NCBI GenBank assembly: GCA_963737265.1
Contig: CAVTRY010000015.1
Span: forward strand, 117,935 to 181,934
DNA from: an uncultured delta proteobacterium
GTDB lineage: Bacteria; Myxococcota_A; Polyangia; Fen-1088
Length of the DNA stretch: 64,000 nucleotides
Direction: 5' to 3'
The notes beneath the pieces were generated by a model that saw only the letters and a program-made list of their open reading frames with translations, was not told where the DNA came from and searched no databases. This document shows, piece after piece, positions 63,306 to 64,000 of the stretch (position 1 is its first letter; every line of letters begins with the position of its first letter). Position numbers and translations under genes: made by a program.

Positions 63306-63418
63306 CCGGCGTCCGCGGCATCACCTTCGAGGCGTCCCGGCGATCTTCACGTCACGAACATGCACGCGACGTGAAAGCCCAGGTCAGAACCTCGTTAACA
63401 GCCCGGACGGTCGGAAAA

Positions 63419-63841
63419 ATCGACGAGGCCCATTTGCTGCGGTATGAGCAGCTTGAAACGATACGGATGCTTACCAACCACAACCTCGATGCCGACTCCC
63501 CGCTGGCCTGCCTGCTGGTCGGCCAGCCCACCCTGCGGCGCACCATGAAACTCGCCGTCCTGGCCGCCCTGGAGCAACGGGTGGCCCTGCGCTACGCTAT
63601 GCCCCCCATGACCAGCCAGGAAACCGCCAGCTACATCACCCACCACCTCAAGCTCGCCGGCCGGTCCGACGCCCTTTTCAGCGACGATTCCGTCGCGCTC
63701 ATCCACACCACCGGACGCGGCTACCCCCGCGCCGTCAACAACCTCGCCCTCCAGGCCCTCGTCGCCACCTACGCCGCCGGCAAATCCATCGTCGACGAGA
63801 GCGCCGCCCGCGCAGCCGTCACCGAAGTCACCGACACGTAA
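63419..63841 (+). pseudogene. 3' half of an ExeA-family ATPase interrupted by the integrase element
   Basis: Begins at Walker B IDEAHLL, then LLVGQPTL, GYPRAVNNL; no Walker A. Confidence 0.8.
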
Positions 63842-63882
63842 GCACCGGCACCTCACCCACGACTACCGGCGCCATCACCATC

Positions 63883-63978
63883 AAGGCCCCGCAGCCGCCC
63901 CGGCTGCGGGGCCTTAACACATCCCCACATCGGAATCCTCAGTGCCGCCTTCATCGGAATCTTCAGCGACGGGCAACA
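63883..63978 (+). mobile_element. Hairpin plus right end of an ExeA-type transposon
   Basis: AAGGCCCCGCAGCCG / CGGCTGCGGGGCCTT stem, two CATCGGAATC.TCAG.G.CG repeats, terminal CAACA. Confidence 0.65.
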
Positions 63979-64000
63979 GGTGGATGCCCAGCCATCGCTC

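Overview
GC-rich bacterial window, probably Myxococcota/Polyangia (inferred from a giant TPR protein, Cys-rich secreted proteins and a Myxococcus-type LexA box). Bases 1-21.2 kb are mostly core genes: permuted papain amidase, argE plus a Xanthomonas-type argA, REC-EAL phosphodiesterase, lexA, yhhQ-like transporter, 1809-aa TPR protein, ppiD/surA and mreBCD-mrdA-rodA. Bases 21.2-55.3 kb are an accessory region dense in mobile DNA. It holds two islands, each bracketed by a long direct repeat of a housekeeping-gene 3' end (670 bp of rodA; 195 bp of an ackA-like gene). Elements include two IS91/ISCR-like transposases, ISAzo13, IS110, IS4, ISL3, ISAs1, a Mu/IS481-like+ExeA transposon containing IS21 containing IS3, a four-gene large-serine-recombinase element and an IS5-like MITE. 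The most notable cargo is an intact, translationally coupled HEPN-like / KGGVGR ParA-MinD ATPase / P-loop ATPase operon (candidate defence system) and a YkuD-like gene paired with a secreted neighbour (candidate effector-immunity pair). Bases 55.2-60.5 kb hold a sigma54/XylR-V4R-controlled operon of an M20 hydrolase, an acetate kinase and a degenerate acetate-kinase paralogue. The window ends with a decayed Ser/Thr kinase joined abruptly to Actinobacteria-like integrase/transposon DNA. Several single-base frameshifts suggest long-read indel errors. No rRNA, tRNA or CRISPR array was recognised. All family calls come from motifs read by eye; no database searches were run.
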